This document shows positions 13,493-24,300 of a stretch of DNA of 64,000 bases, in pieces. Made by a program: the position numbers and the translations under genes. Numbering within the stretch: position 1 is the first letter of the stretch; each line of letters begins with the position of its first letter. The DNA is from Mobula hypostoma (taxonomy: Eukaryota): the NCBI RefSeq assembly GCF_963921235.1, contig NC_086097.1, positions 183,212,001 through 183,276,000 of the forward strand. The letters run 5' to 3'. The notes beneath the pieces are model-generated. The model did not search any database. It had not been told where the DNA came from and saw only the letters and a program-made list of their open reading frames with translations.

Positions 13493-14796
13493 TACCCTCA
13501 GTGGCCACTTTATTACATACTCTAATGTGTTATGCAGATATCTAATCAGCCAATCATGCGGCAGAAACTTAATGCGTAAAAGCATGCAGACATCATCAAA
13601 AGGTTCGGTTGTTGTTCAGAAAAAAAGCGATCTAAGTGGTTTTGATCCTGGAATAATTATTGGTGCCAGATGTGGTGGTTTGAGTTTCTCAGAATGTCAG
13701 TCAGGATCAGGCCAGCGTACAATGCTTCCTCGCTTGACATCTTCCAGATTGCCTACAAAAATGTCTATTTTACTTCTTTTACACCTGTTTTTCATTTTAA
13801 TTGTGTTTCTGGGACTGGTAGAGCCTGTGATTTACAGTTAGGAGATCAAACAGTTGATCCAGCATTTTGCTGTCTCAGAGAAGATTCTGGGAAGCGAGTC
13901 CATACTCAGACAGCGTCGATGTGAACAAACTTCGAGATGGTGCTGATTAAAGTGTACATTAATCGCCAATTAAAACATCGAGGAATACTGAAACATTAAG
14001 ACGAATGCAGAAGGTGAGCAAGAGTTTAATGCTAACTGCCTTCCTTTTGATCGCTGCCAGGGAGACTGTGAGCAGCCTATTGCTGTGTGGCTCAATATGG
14101 CAAGTGGGTAGGCCTCTCTGCATTTGTGTAGTGTCCTTCTCTTTTGATAATGAAGGAAGATGATATCGTGGTTCTGCGTTTATGGATTGGACTATTGTGT
14201 TTATAGACTGCGGATCTTTATCAGACTTATGGCTGTTTTTATTGTGTTTTTTCGCCTGTACCTTTCCATTTTGTTGTGCAAGGTGAGGGGTTTTAGGGTT
14301 GATGTTCTCACTTCATTCTGTTCATTTTTTTGTGTTGGGGGTCGATGATCTTGGTCTGTTTTGTGCGGGGGAGGGTGGGTTTGATTCTCTGTGAACAACT
14401 GTCATCTTTCTTCTTCAGGAGAAGAAGAATCTCAGAGATATATATGGATACATAAAATAATAAATGAACCTTTAAACCTTTGATCTACTGGGATTTTCAC
14501 GCTCGAGTCACTAGCATTTACAGAGAATGGTGCAATAATCAAACAAACATCAAGTGCGTGGTAGTTCTGTGCACAAATAGGTCTTGTTAATGAGAGAGGT
14601 CAGAGGAGAATGGCTACACTGGTTCAGGCTGACAGGAAGGCAACAGGTGGTTATTTGAGTTACTGTTACAACATATGTGCAGAAGGGCAACTCTGAATGC
14701 ACAACACATTGAACCTCGAAGAACCCAGCAGAAGACCATGACCATACACTCAGTGGCCACTTAATTAGTTCCAGGAGGTACGTAACTGAGTGTATA
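13493..14796 (+). mobile_element. Tc1-like DNA transposon relic, split by a ~790-bp insertion
   Basis: Left end is taccctcagtggccactttatta and right end is ...actgagtgta. The transposase N-terminal HTH relic KSDLSGFDPGIIIGARCGGLSFSE stops at 13694 and resumes as DLLGFSR at ~14482. Confidence 0.8.
13695..14480 (+). mobile_element. Unclassified non-coding interspersed element inserted in the Tc1 relic
   Basis: Interrupts the transposase frame between FSE and DLLGFS. Ends in aataataaatgaacctttaaaccttt, a short-repeat tail like those of non-LTR elements. Confidence 0.55.
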
Positions 14797-16478
14797 CATC
14801 TATACCTAATGCCAGTCACAATAAAAACCAAACAAATATGAAACTGATTTCCTATGTACAATCCTTAAGTACTTGTCTTCCATCTAAGTTTGCTTCTCTT
14901 GCTCGTAGTTCTCACCCAGTTGTTCCAGTACTTTTGGTTAAAGCCAGCTGCTGACCTGCAGTGGAAGGAGGCTTCGCATGGTTTAAAACATGTCCATCCA
15001 AGAATTTCTAGCTTTTTTTGCACTCTTTTTACATAAACAGCAGCAATCTGGACTGATTGGCTGACATCTAGTGACTAAGTACTGGTGGAGGTGAGGGCAA
15101 GAATGGCAGAACAGGAAACTTATGCTCCATGGAGCCACTGTTTCTTTCCCAGTGCAGTGTCTTAACAATCCTTGCAATCTGTTTGAATACAGGTTATCAT
15201 TGTGGATATCCATCTGTCTTCAGACTCTGAGTGATTATCAGATGATATATCTGTGTTCTACCAGACCTGCCAATCATTGTGGATATCCATCTGTCTTTTT
15301 TTATACCTACTTCTTCCAACTCCTCTCCAGGAGCACGTATATGATACCTGCTCTTCAAGGATTTTATATCGTCTAAATTTACCTGCCCTGACTGTATGTC
15401 CATCCTGCCCCACAATATTTGTTCACTGCAATACTTATTTGGAGGAAATCCCCACACACCTTGGATTGGAAGTTTGATAACAACTATGACAATTCAGAGA
15501 CAAAGAAGGTGGCAATATGTTAGTGGTGAGATAGAGGTGGACACTGATAATGACACTGTATTTTCAGATGATGATGCGGAGCTGCAGCATGTAGATAAAT
15601 ATTAGGAAGGGGCAAATGAGGGACACTGTGGGCAACATTGCATGATTCAGGAAGAGAAGCAGTTGCCGGTGATTCTTCAGCAAAAGCTGAACATATCGGA
15701 ATGAAATTAGGTTAGGGCAATCTCACAGAGTTGGAGGATGGAGAAAGATGCTAGAAAGAGATGACGTGCTCATATCAAGAATGGCTGAGAAGTTAAGCAA
15801 GGGAAAGCTAATCATGGCCAGAGATACAGAGGATGCTATATGAGATTTTATTAAGTATAGCATTCAATGACAGAACTGTATTCCACCACAGTCTGCAAAC
15901 TTATGGTCCAGCTTCTCCATCACTTTAGCATTATTAGATAATCAACAGCCAGTCCTGGCTCAATAAGGAGTTGAGAAGATTAATAGGTAACAACTCAGTG
16001 AATGAAGTTACTGTATTTCTGAGAACAGTATAAGCATTACTCTATAGAAGCAAGTAATCTCATAACCAAAGCTCTGTAGCTCACCAGTTTTGCTGTATTC
16101 ATTCATGAATGAGAGTGAACAACTAAACAACTAACAGGAAGGGAAGGCTCTATAGACAATCCAATCTTCAATGTTTATAGATGGTATGGGAAAAAAAAAC
16201 TCATGACTGAATCCTCTTTATCCAGAAATCATGAGAAGATGATCCACACTTGTTTTCTTTTGAGGTTGTCAGAGACCAACCTTCACTCATTTTAAGTCTT
16301 TTGATATCAGGAAACGGCTGAATGCAATTGATAAAGACAATGAACCATTGCGCATTTCAAGCTCTGCTGCTAAGCAAGTACTCAGTACTAGTTGTATCAT
16401 TAACCAAGTGCAACAACTCACCAAAGTGGAAAATTGTTTTTTGCTGATATGAAGGAAATCAAATTTCATCTAGATTCC

Positions 16479-16640
16479 ATACAAGAGAAAATCTGCAGAT
16501 GCTGGAAGTCCAAGTAACACACACAAAATGCTAGAGAAACTCAGCAGGCCAGGCAGCATCTATGGAAAAGAGTACAGTCAACATTTTGGGCTGAGACCCT
16601 TCAGCAGGACTGGAGAAAAAAGGATGAGGAGTCAGAGTAT
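16479..16640 (-). mobile_element. Penelope-like terminal fragment
   Basis: gagaaaatctgcagatgctgg...ctcagcaggccaggcagcatctatggaaaagagtacagtcaac matches 10461-10552 and the reverse complement of 11300-11425. Confidence 0.75.
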
Positions 16641-16800
16641 AGGAGTCATTTAGATTTTTGCTCAAGGAATCGACTCACACTCAAGTACAAAGTGACGGAA
16701 AATCAAGCCATAAGGTCAAAAGCCAAATATGAGTTTATTGTCCTATGCACAAGATGATATGTGCACAGGTGCAATGAAAAACTTGCAGCAACATCACAGG

Positions 16801-17329
16801 AAAGCACACCAGTGCCCCTACTTCCTCAGGAGTCTGCGGAGATTTGGCATGTCATCAAAAACCTTAACAAACATCTAGAGATATGTGGTGGAAAGTGTAC
16901 TGACTGGCTACATTATGGCCTGGATTGGGAACACCAATGCACCTGAGCATAAAATCCTACAAAATATACTGGATTCAGCCCAGTACATCACGGGTAAAAC
17001 CTTCGCAACTATTGATCACATCTACATGAAACACTGCTGTAGAAAAACAGCATGCATTATCAAAGATCTCACCCCCATGCTCTTTTCTCAATGCTGCCAT
17101 AATGATCTTGAACAAAGGGGGATAACTACACTTATTTAAGGACACTTTTATCTTGTTATTTCATGCTCGTTATTTATTACTATTTATTTATATCTGCATT
17201 TGCAGTTGGTTATCCATTGATCCTGTTTACAGTTACTGTTCTATAGATTTGCTAAGTATGCCTGCAGAAAAGAACCTCAGGGTTGTACATGGTGTACTCT
17301 GATAGTAAATTTTACTTTGAATTTTGAAC
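16801..17329 (+). mobile_element. Rex1/Babar-like 3' fragment nested in the opposite orientation
   Basis: VESVLTGYIMAWIGNTNAPEHKILQNILDSAQYITG...HCCRKTACIIKD. The tail ctctgatagtaaattttactttgaattttgaa resembles 2500-2560. Confidence 0.75.
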
Positions 17330-17886
17330 ATAGCATCACACACACAACATTCACAAAGAAAACATAAATAAAGATAAGATGTATGCAATTTTGATGAGAA
17401 AGAACACAATTAGGGAAAAGAAAAACAAAGTCCATTGTAGAACAAAGTGTTTAATGTAGTCATAGATTTGCTATTCTGAGGTAGCAATTAGGGTTGTGTA
17501 GTTTGGTTCAAGAACCAAATGGTTGAAAGGAGGCAACTATTCTTGATTCTGGTGTTGTGGGTATTTCAGCTTTTGTACCTCTTGCTTGATGGTAGCTGTG
17601 AGAATTTGGCATGGTCAGGATAATGGAGAACTTAGACAATAGATGTTGCCTTCTTGAAGCAACGCATCACATAGATACTACCAATGGTGGGGAGAGATAT
17701 GCCCATGGTGCATTAAACTGAATACATTGCTCTCTACAGCTTCATGTTCCTATGCATTCATATTACTGTTCCAGACCAAGATGCAACCAGTCAGGGTAAT
17801 TTCAACAGTATATATGTAGAAGTTTGATAGAGCATTTGGTGGCATACCAAATGTCCTTAATTTTCTAAGAAATTAAAGACGCTGAC

Positions 17887-18040
17887 ATATAACCATATAA
17901 CAATCACAGCACAGAAACAGGCCATCTCAGCCTGCCTAGTCCGTGCCAAACGCTCACTCTCACCTAGTCCCACTGACCTGCACTCAGCCCATAACCCTCC
18001 ATTCCTTTCCTGTCCATATAGCTGTCCAATTTAACTTTAA
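17887..18040 (-). mobile_element. CR1 3'-end fragment (same subfamily as 9385-9537)
   Basis: The reverse complement aligns by eye with 9385-9537 (ttaaagttaaattgga...gttatatggttatat). Confidence 0.85.
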
Positions 18041-18569
18041 ATGCCTTCTTTGTGAGTGACCTGAGTTCCTCCAGCACTTTGTGTGTGTTGCTATGCCTTC
18101 CTTGTGACTGCATCTATGTCCTGGGCCCAGGGCAAGTCATCAGAAATGTTAACATCTAGGAATTTAAAGCTACTGACCCTCTCCACTGTTGATCCACAAT
18201 GTAGACTGGTGTATGTTCACCTTTCTTAAGTCATCAAATTGATTCCTTAGCATTACTGACATAGAGTTCTTTCGGCCTAACTCAACCAAGCGTCCCATCA
18301 TGATTCTGCACACTGACTTATCGCCGCCTGTGATTTTTCCAACAACACTGGTGTCATCAGCGAATTTGTATGGAACATTGAAGCTGTACTTAGCCACACA
18401 GTTGTGTACATAGGGAACAGAGCAGGGTCTATGCACCTGTGTTGATAGAACATGAGGAGGAGATGTTGTTACTGATCATTACTGATTGAAGTCTGCTGAT
18501 GAGGAGGTCAAGCATCCAAATGCAGAAGGTAAAGAGGGCCATGTCTTGAGCTTGATGATAAGTTTACAT

Positions 18570-19950
18570 GGAATGACTGACATGCAGTCATACAGTCCAA
18601 CTCCCAACTCATCCATGCCAGCTGTGTTGCCCATCAAGTTAGTCCCATCTACCTGCATTTGGCCCATAGACCTCTAATCTTCACCTTTCCATGTAGTTAG
18701 TTAGATAAATGCTGCTAATATGTCAGATCAACCACAGGTTCTGGCAGCTCATTCCAAATATGCACCACCCATTGCATGAAGAGACTGCCCCTGATCTTCC
18801 ATTTAAGTCTCTTGTCTCTGATCTTAAATGTATTACCTATTATTTTTAAACAGAAGAGATTCTGCAGATGCTGGAAATCCAGAGCAACACACTCAAGATG
18901 CTGGAGGAACTTAGCAGGTCAGGTAGTATCTATGGAAATTAATAAGCAGTCAATGTTTTGAGCCAAGACCATTCATCAGGACTGGAAAGGAAGGGAAAAG
19001 ATGCCAGAAGAAGAAAGTTTGGGGGGGGGGGAGGGGAAGGAGCACAAGCTAGATAGTGATAGAAGAAGCCAGGTGGGTGGGGGAGGGGGATGAAGTAAGA
19101 AGCTGAGAGATGATAGGTGGAAAAGGCAAAAGGCTGGAAAGAAGCAATCTAATAGGAGAGGAGAGTAGACCATGGGAGAAAGAGAAGGAGGAGGGGCACC
19201 GGGGGAGGTGATAGGCAAGTGAAGAGAAGAGGTAGACGTAAGAGAGGGGGCAGAGTGGGAAACTGAAAAAAACAGAAGGGTGAGGGGAAGAAAATTACTG
19301 GAAGTTGGAAACATTGATGTTCATGCCACTAGGTTGAAATGTAAGATGTCGCTCCTTCAACCTGAGAGTGGTTTCATCTGGCAGAAGAGGAGGCCATGGA
19401 CCGACATGTCAGAATGGAAATGAGGATTGGATCTAAAATGGATGGCCACTGGGAAATCCTACTTTTTGCCAATGGAGTAAAGGCGCTCGACAATGCAGTC
19501 CCCAGTCTACATTGGGCCTCTCTAATGTAGAGGAGGCAGCATTGGAGCACTGGATACAGATATTAATACAGGTATTATAAACCATGCTTTGTACATTTAT
19601 CTTTAAACCATTTATATAAATTATAAACAACAAGGTCAGAGCACCAACACCTGTGACTCACCACTAGACACAAGCCTAGAGTTTGTCAAATAACCCTCCA
19701 CAATCACCCTCTGCTTCTTACGACTAAGCTAATTATGAATCCAATCCACTATCCCTCCCTGCCGTGAGGGACCTTGTCAAAGGCCTTGCTGAAGTTCATA
19801 CAGACAACATTCTTTATCCTAGCCTTATCTAAGAACTGCAAGAGAATTGTTAGAAATGACTTCCCACACACAAAGACTTGCTGATTGTCCCAAATCAGAC
19901 CCTGTCTCTCTAAATAGTGGTAGGACTGCTTTCTCAGAATGCCCTTCAGC
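18570..19950 (-). mobile_element. Decayed CR1 LINE split by a Penelope-like insertion
   Basis: Minus-strand NFSKAFDKVPHGR (19760-19800) and LFIIYIN (19610-19633). A CR1-type 3' end lies at 18570-18840. Confidence 0.7.
18848..19560 (-). mobile_element. Penelope-like element 3' portion
   Basis: Reverse-complement homologue of 10790-11425: a GIY-YIG relic (CSNAASSTLER / LYIRE), a purine-rich tract and the terminal gattctgcagatgctggaaatcc sequence. Confidence 0.8.
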
Positions 19951-19951
19951 A

Positions 19952-20727
19952 ATTCAAGTTTAATTATCTTTCAACCACATATGAATATCAACAAACAAAC
20001 AGGCATTCGTCCAGGGCCAAGGTGCAAAACACGTTACCAACAGCACACAGCACATAACACATAAACACAAGACAATCTGCAGATGCTGGGGTCAAAGCAA
20101 CACTCACACACATGCTGGAGGAACTCAGCAGGTTGGGCAGCATCCTTGGAAAAGATCGGCCGACGTTTCGGGCCGGAACCCTTCGTCAGGACGCATAACA
20201 CATAACACAAATAACACATATTTTTATGCTTTCAGTAAAACATTCAGTAATAAAGAAAAAATAATACTATAGCCCAAGTTCCTGATCAGACCGGCATGGC
20301 ACAGTAAGTTGTCCTGGTCCACCTTGTTCTTTTGCTGAGCAAACACCAGAGGACAACACTGAGCAAATACAGGAGAGCAGCACTGATGGAAGAGGCCAGC
20401 CCCATCCACAGAGGCCTCTCACATACTCTCTCAGTGTTTCCACCCTGGACAACTACAACAGGCGACCCCATGGTCTAGGCCTAGTTCTCATCACTACTGA
20501 AGCAAAGCAGCTTCTCCACTATTGGTCTCGCCAATGAACCAGTGAACCAGACTTACAGTATTCTACATTACCAGTGTCAAACAAGAGCTTGCAATCACAA
20601 TAAAAATGTCCAAGGAAACCACTCACCTGGATACACAAGTCCAGGCGACAACACAACAATGGTATGCAATAACTCCAGCTCCAATGCTATTGAGTGACTT
20701 GCTGATAGGAGAGTACTGCACTACGTG
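19952..20727 (-). mobile_element. Unclassified interspersed repeat with a non-LTR-type tail at its left end, apparently interrupted at 20728 by the LTR-like element
   Basis: attcaagtttaattatc...ggccaaggtgcaaaacac looks like an antisense retroposon tail. It has no coding motif. Confidence 0.35.
20065..20193 (-). mobile_element. Penelope-like terminal fragment with a 12-bp target-site duplication
   Basis: acaagacaatctgcagatgctgg...cccttcgtcaggac is flanked by cataacacataa at 20053-20064 and 20194-20205. Confidence 0.75.
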
Positions 20728-20840
20728 TGTCATGGTCTGGTCCGTGAAGTCCGTATTCTGGTTCACGGTCCGGTCCATCAACCCTTGCTCCAGGTTTTCC
20801 TGTCTACCCTGTTTCTGTTCTTGTTGAGCTCTAACTGAGG

Positions 20841-20874
20841 CAGCTGATGCTTGTTTGGGCTGGCTGCATAAATA
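20841..20874 (+). promoter_or_regulatory. Putative LTR core promoter (E-box CAGCTG plus TATA-like CATAAATA)
   Basis: Both motifs lie 110-145 bp inside the TG-start, the usual layout for fish Gypsy LTRs. Activity is unknown. Confidence 0.3.
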
Positions 20875-20949
20875 CCTTAAGGGCGTGGCTGCTGGATTGT
20901 TCTTGTCCTTACTTCTTGTATCCCTTCCTCTGCCTTCTGTTTCCTAGCC

Positions 20950-21125
20950 TGAAGCCCTGCCTTGTGTCTTGCCGGTAACTCTCGCCTCGCCTGAAGTTCT
21001 CATCTCGCCTTGCTTTGCCAGAAGCCTTGTCTTGTCTTGCCGGTAACTCTTGCCTCATCTGAAGTTCTTGTCTCATCTTGCATTGCCAGAAGCCTTGCTT
21101 TGTCTTGCTGGTAACTCTCACCTCG
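20950..21125 (+). repeat. 68-bp degenerate tandem repeat (~2.6 copies)
   Basis: ggtaactct recurs at 20974, 21042 and 21110. Confidence 0.8.
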
Positions 21126-21143
21126 TCTTGCCTGCAGTCTTGA

Positions 21144-21176
21144 CCTGGAGCCGTCCTGGAGCCATCCTGGAGCCAC
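21144..21176 (+). repeat. 11-bp tandem repeat x3 (cctggagccRY)
   Basis: cctggagcc occurs at 21144, 21155 and 21166. Confidence 0.85.
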
Positions 21177-21290
21177 CCTGTACCTAGATCCCTTCCTGTC
21201 CCTTGCCTCTGCCCAGGTAAAGCCAGGCCATCTTGCCATTACCTACGGTTGGTTCTGTCCCTTCCTGTTCCATGCCTCTGTTGGGTGGTG

Positions 21291-21350
21291 ATCCGCGCCC
21301 TGCCCAGGAGTTCCGTGCTCTGCCCAGGAGAACCGTGCCCTGCTCAGGAG
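21291..21350 (+). repeat. 20-bp tandem repeat x3 (NNccgYgcYctgcYcaggag)
   Basis: Units start at 21291, 21311 and 21331. Confidence 0.85.
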
Positions 21351-21355
21351 GAGCC

Positions 21356-24300
21356 TGCCTAGCCTCAAGCCTGAAGACTCCAGCCTCCTGCCTAGCCTCA
21401 AGCCTGAAGACTCCAGCCTCCTGCCTAGCCTCAAGCCTGAAGACTCCAGACTCCAGCCTCCAGCCTCCTGCCTCCTGCCTAGCCTTAAGCCTCGTCTACC
21501 GCCTCCTGCCTCCTGCCAAGACACACCTCAATTCTCCAGCCTCCTTCCTCCTACCTAGCCTCAAGCCTGAAGAATCCAGCCTCCTGCCTCCTTCCGAGCC
21601 TAAAGCCTGAAGACTCCAGCCTCCTGCCTAGCCTCAAGCCTGGTCTCCAGCCTCCTGCCCCCTGCCAAGCCTCGCCTCGTCTCCAGCCCCCTGCATCCTG
21701 CCAAGCCTCGACTCAAGTCTCCAGCCACCTGCCAAGCCTCGCCTCAAGTCTCCAGCCTCCTGCCTCCTGTCAAGCCTCGCCTCAAGTCCCTAGCGTCCTG
21801 CCACCTGCCAAGCCTCGCCTCGTATCCAGCCTCCTGCCAAGCCTCGACTCAAGTCTCCAGCCTCCTGCCAAGCCTCGCCTCAAGTCTCCAGGCTCCAGCT
21901 TCCTGCCAAGCCTCGCCTCAAGTCTCCAGCCTCCTGCCTCCTGCCAAGCCTCGCCTCAAGTCTCCAGCCTCCTGCCTCCTGCCAAGCCTCGCCTCATCTC
22001 CAGCCCCCTGCATCCTGCCAAGCCTCGACTCAAGTCTCCAGCCACCTGCCAAGCCTCGCCTCAAGTTTACAGCCTCCTTCCTCCTGCCAAACCTCGCCTC
22101 AAGTCCCTAGCATCCTGCCTCCTGCCAAGCCTCTCCTCTAGTCTCCAGCCTCCTGCCAAGCCTGCCAAGCCTCGCATCAAGTCTCCAGCCTCCAGCCTCC
22201 TGGCAAGCCTCGCCTCAAGTCTCTATCCTCCTGCCTCCAGTCAAGCCTCGCCTCAAAGCTCCAGCCTCCTGCCTCCTGCCAAGCCTTGCCTCAAGTCTCC
22301 AGCCTCCTTCCCCCTGACAAGCCTCGCCTCAAGTCTCTGCCTCCTGCCTCCTGCCAAGACTCGCCTCAAGTCTCTTTCCTCCTGCCAAGCCTTGCATCAA
22401 GTCTCCAGCCTCCTGCCTCCTGCCAAGATTCATCTCAAGTCTCCAGCCTCCTGCCTCCTGCCAAGCCTCGCCTTGTCTCTAGCCTCCGGCCTCCTGCCAA
22501 GAGTCATCTCAAGCCTCTAGCCTCCTGCCTCCTGCCAAGCCTCGCCTCAAGTCTCCAGCCTCCTGCCTCCTGCCAAGCCTTGCCTCAAGTCTCCAGCCTC
22601 CTGCCTCCTGCCAAGCCTCACCTCGTCTCCAGCCTCCTGCCTCCTGCCAAGCCTCACCTCGTCTCCAGCCTCCTGCCTCCTGCCAAGTCTCACCTTAAGT
22701 CTCCAGCCTCCTGCCTCCTGCCACCTCGCCTCAAGTTCTAGCCTCCTGCCTCGCATCGCCTTGCCTCAAGTCTCCTGCCTCCTGCCAAGCCTCGCATCAC
22801 GTCTCCAGCCTCCTGCCTCGACTCATCTCAAGCCTCTAGCCTCCTACCTAGTACCAAGCCTCGCGTCATCTCCAGCCTCCAGCTTCCTGCCTAGCCTCAA
22901 GCTTGAAGTATCCAGCCTCCTGCGTCCTGCCAAGCCTCGCCTCAAGTCTTTAGCCTCCTGCCTCCTTGCAAGCCTCACATCAAGTCTCCAGCCACCTGCC
23001 GAGCCTCGCCTCAAGTCTCTAGCCTCCTGCCTCCTGCCAAGCCTCGGCTCAAGTCTCCAGCCACCTGCCAAGCCTCGCTTCAAGTCTCCAGCCTCCTCCT
23101 TCCTGCCAAGCCTCGCCTCAAGTCTCCATCCTCCTGCCTCCTGCCAAGCCTCGCCTCAAGTCTCCAGCCTCCTGCCAAGCCTGCCAAGCCTCGCATCAAG
23201 TCTCCAGCCTCCAGCCTCCTGGCAAGCCTCGCCTCAAGTCTCTATCCTCCTGCCTCCTGTCAAGCCTCGCCTCAAAGCTCCAGCCTCCTGCCTCCTGCCA
23301 AGCCTTGCCTCAAGTCTCCAGCGTCCTTCCCCCTGCCAATCCTCGCCTCAAGTCTCTGCCTCCTGCCTCCTGCCAAGACTCGCCTCGTCTCTTGCCTCCT
23401 GCCAAGTCTCGCATCAAGTCTCCAGCCTCCTGCCTCCTGCCTCCTGCCAAGACTCATCTCAAGTCTCCATCCTCCTGCCTCCTACCAAGCCTCGCCTCAA
23501 GTCTCTAGCCTCCTGCCTCCAGCCAAGCCTCGCCTTAAGTCTCCATCCTCCTGCCTCCTGCCAATCCTCGCCTCAAGTCTCTGCCTCCTGCCTCCTGCCA
23601 AGACTCGCCTCGTCTCTTGCCTCCTGCCAAGTCTCGCATCAAGTCTCCAGCCTCCTGCCTCCTGCCTCCTGCCAAGACTCATCTCAAGCCTCTAGCCTCC
23701 TGCCTCCTTCCAAGCCTTGCCACAAGTCTCTAGCCTCCTGCCTCCAGCCAAGCCTCGCCTTAAGTCTCCATCCTCCTGCCTCCTGCCAAGCCTCGCCTCA
23801 GTCTCCAGCCTCCTGCCAAGCCTCGCCTCGTCTCTAGCCTCCTGCCTCCAGCCAAGCCTCGTCTTAAGTCTCCAGCCTCCTGCCTCCTGCCAAGCCTCGC
23901 CTCCGTCCCCAGCCTCCTGCCGCCTCACCTCAAGTCTCCAGCCTCCTGCTAAGCCTCGCCTCAAGTCTCCAGCCTCCTGCCTCCTGCCAAGCCTCACCTC
24001 GTCTCCAGCCTCCTGCCTCCTGCCAAGCCTCGCCTCAAGTCTCCAGCCTCCTGCCTCCTGCCAAGCCTCCAGCCTGAAGACTCCAGCCTCCTGCCTAGCC
24101 TCAAGCCTGAAGACTCTAGCCTCCTGCCTAGCCTCAAGTCTGAAGACTCCTGCCTCCTGCCAAGCCTCGCCTCAAGTCTCCAGCCTCCTGCATCCTGCCA
24201 AGCCTCGCCTCAAGTCTCTAGCCTCCTGCCTCCTTCCAAGCCTCGTCTCATTTCTCCAGCCACCTGCCAATCCTCACCTCAAGTCTCCAGCTTCCAGCCT

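Larger units (their letters stand above)
16715..18480 (-). mobile_element. Decayed Rex1/Babar-like element carrying three nested insertions
   Basis: Minus ORF 18170-18436 has HNCVAKYSFNVPYKFADDTSVVGKITGGD. The 3' tail lies at ~16715-16800 and continues at ~17330. Confidence 0.7.
20728..21355 (+). mobile_element. LTR-like sequence (Gypsy-type 5' end) leading into the satellite
   Basis: Starts TGTCATGG with an abrupt compositional change. CAGCTG at 20841 and a TATA-like CATAAATA at 20867 are followed by a pyrimidine-rich repetitive tract. No 3' CA end or internal domain lies within the window. Confidence 0.55.

Noticed and set aside
14860..15130. Coding-looking stretch on the minus strand (KVLEQLGENYEQEKQT)
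   Set aside because: Short, bounded by stops and without a recognisable family motif.
16287..16469. Short open frames on both strands in non-repeat sequence, considered as a possible TMEM67 exon
   Set aside because: No similarity to the expected upstream meckelin peptides and no convincing splice-site pair.
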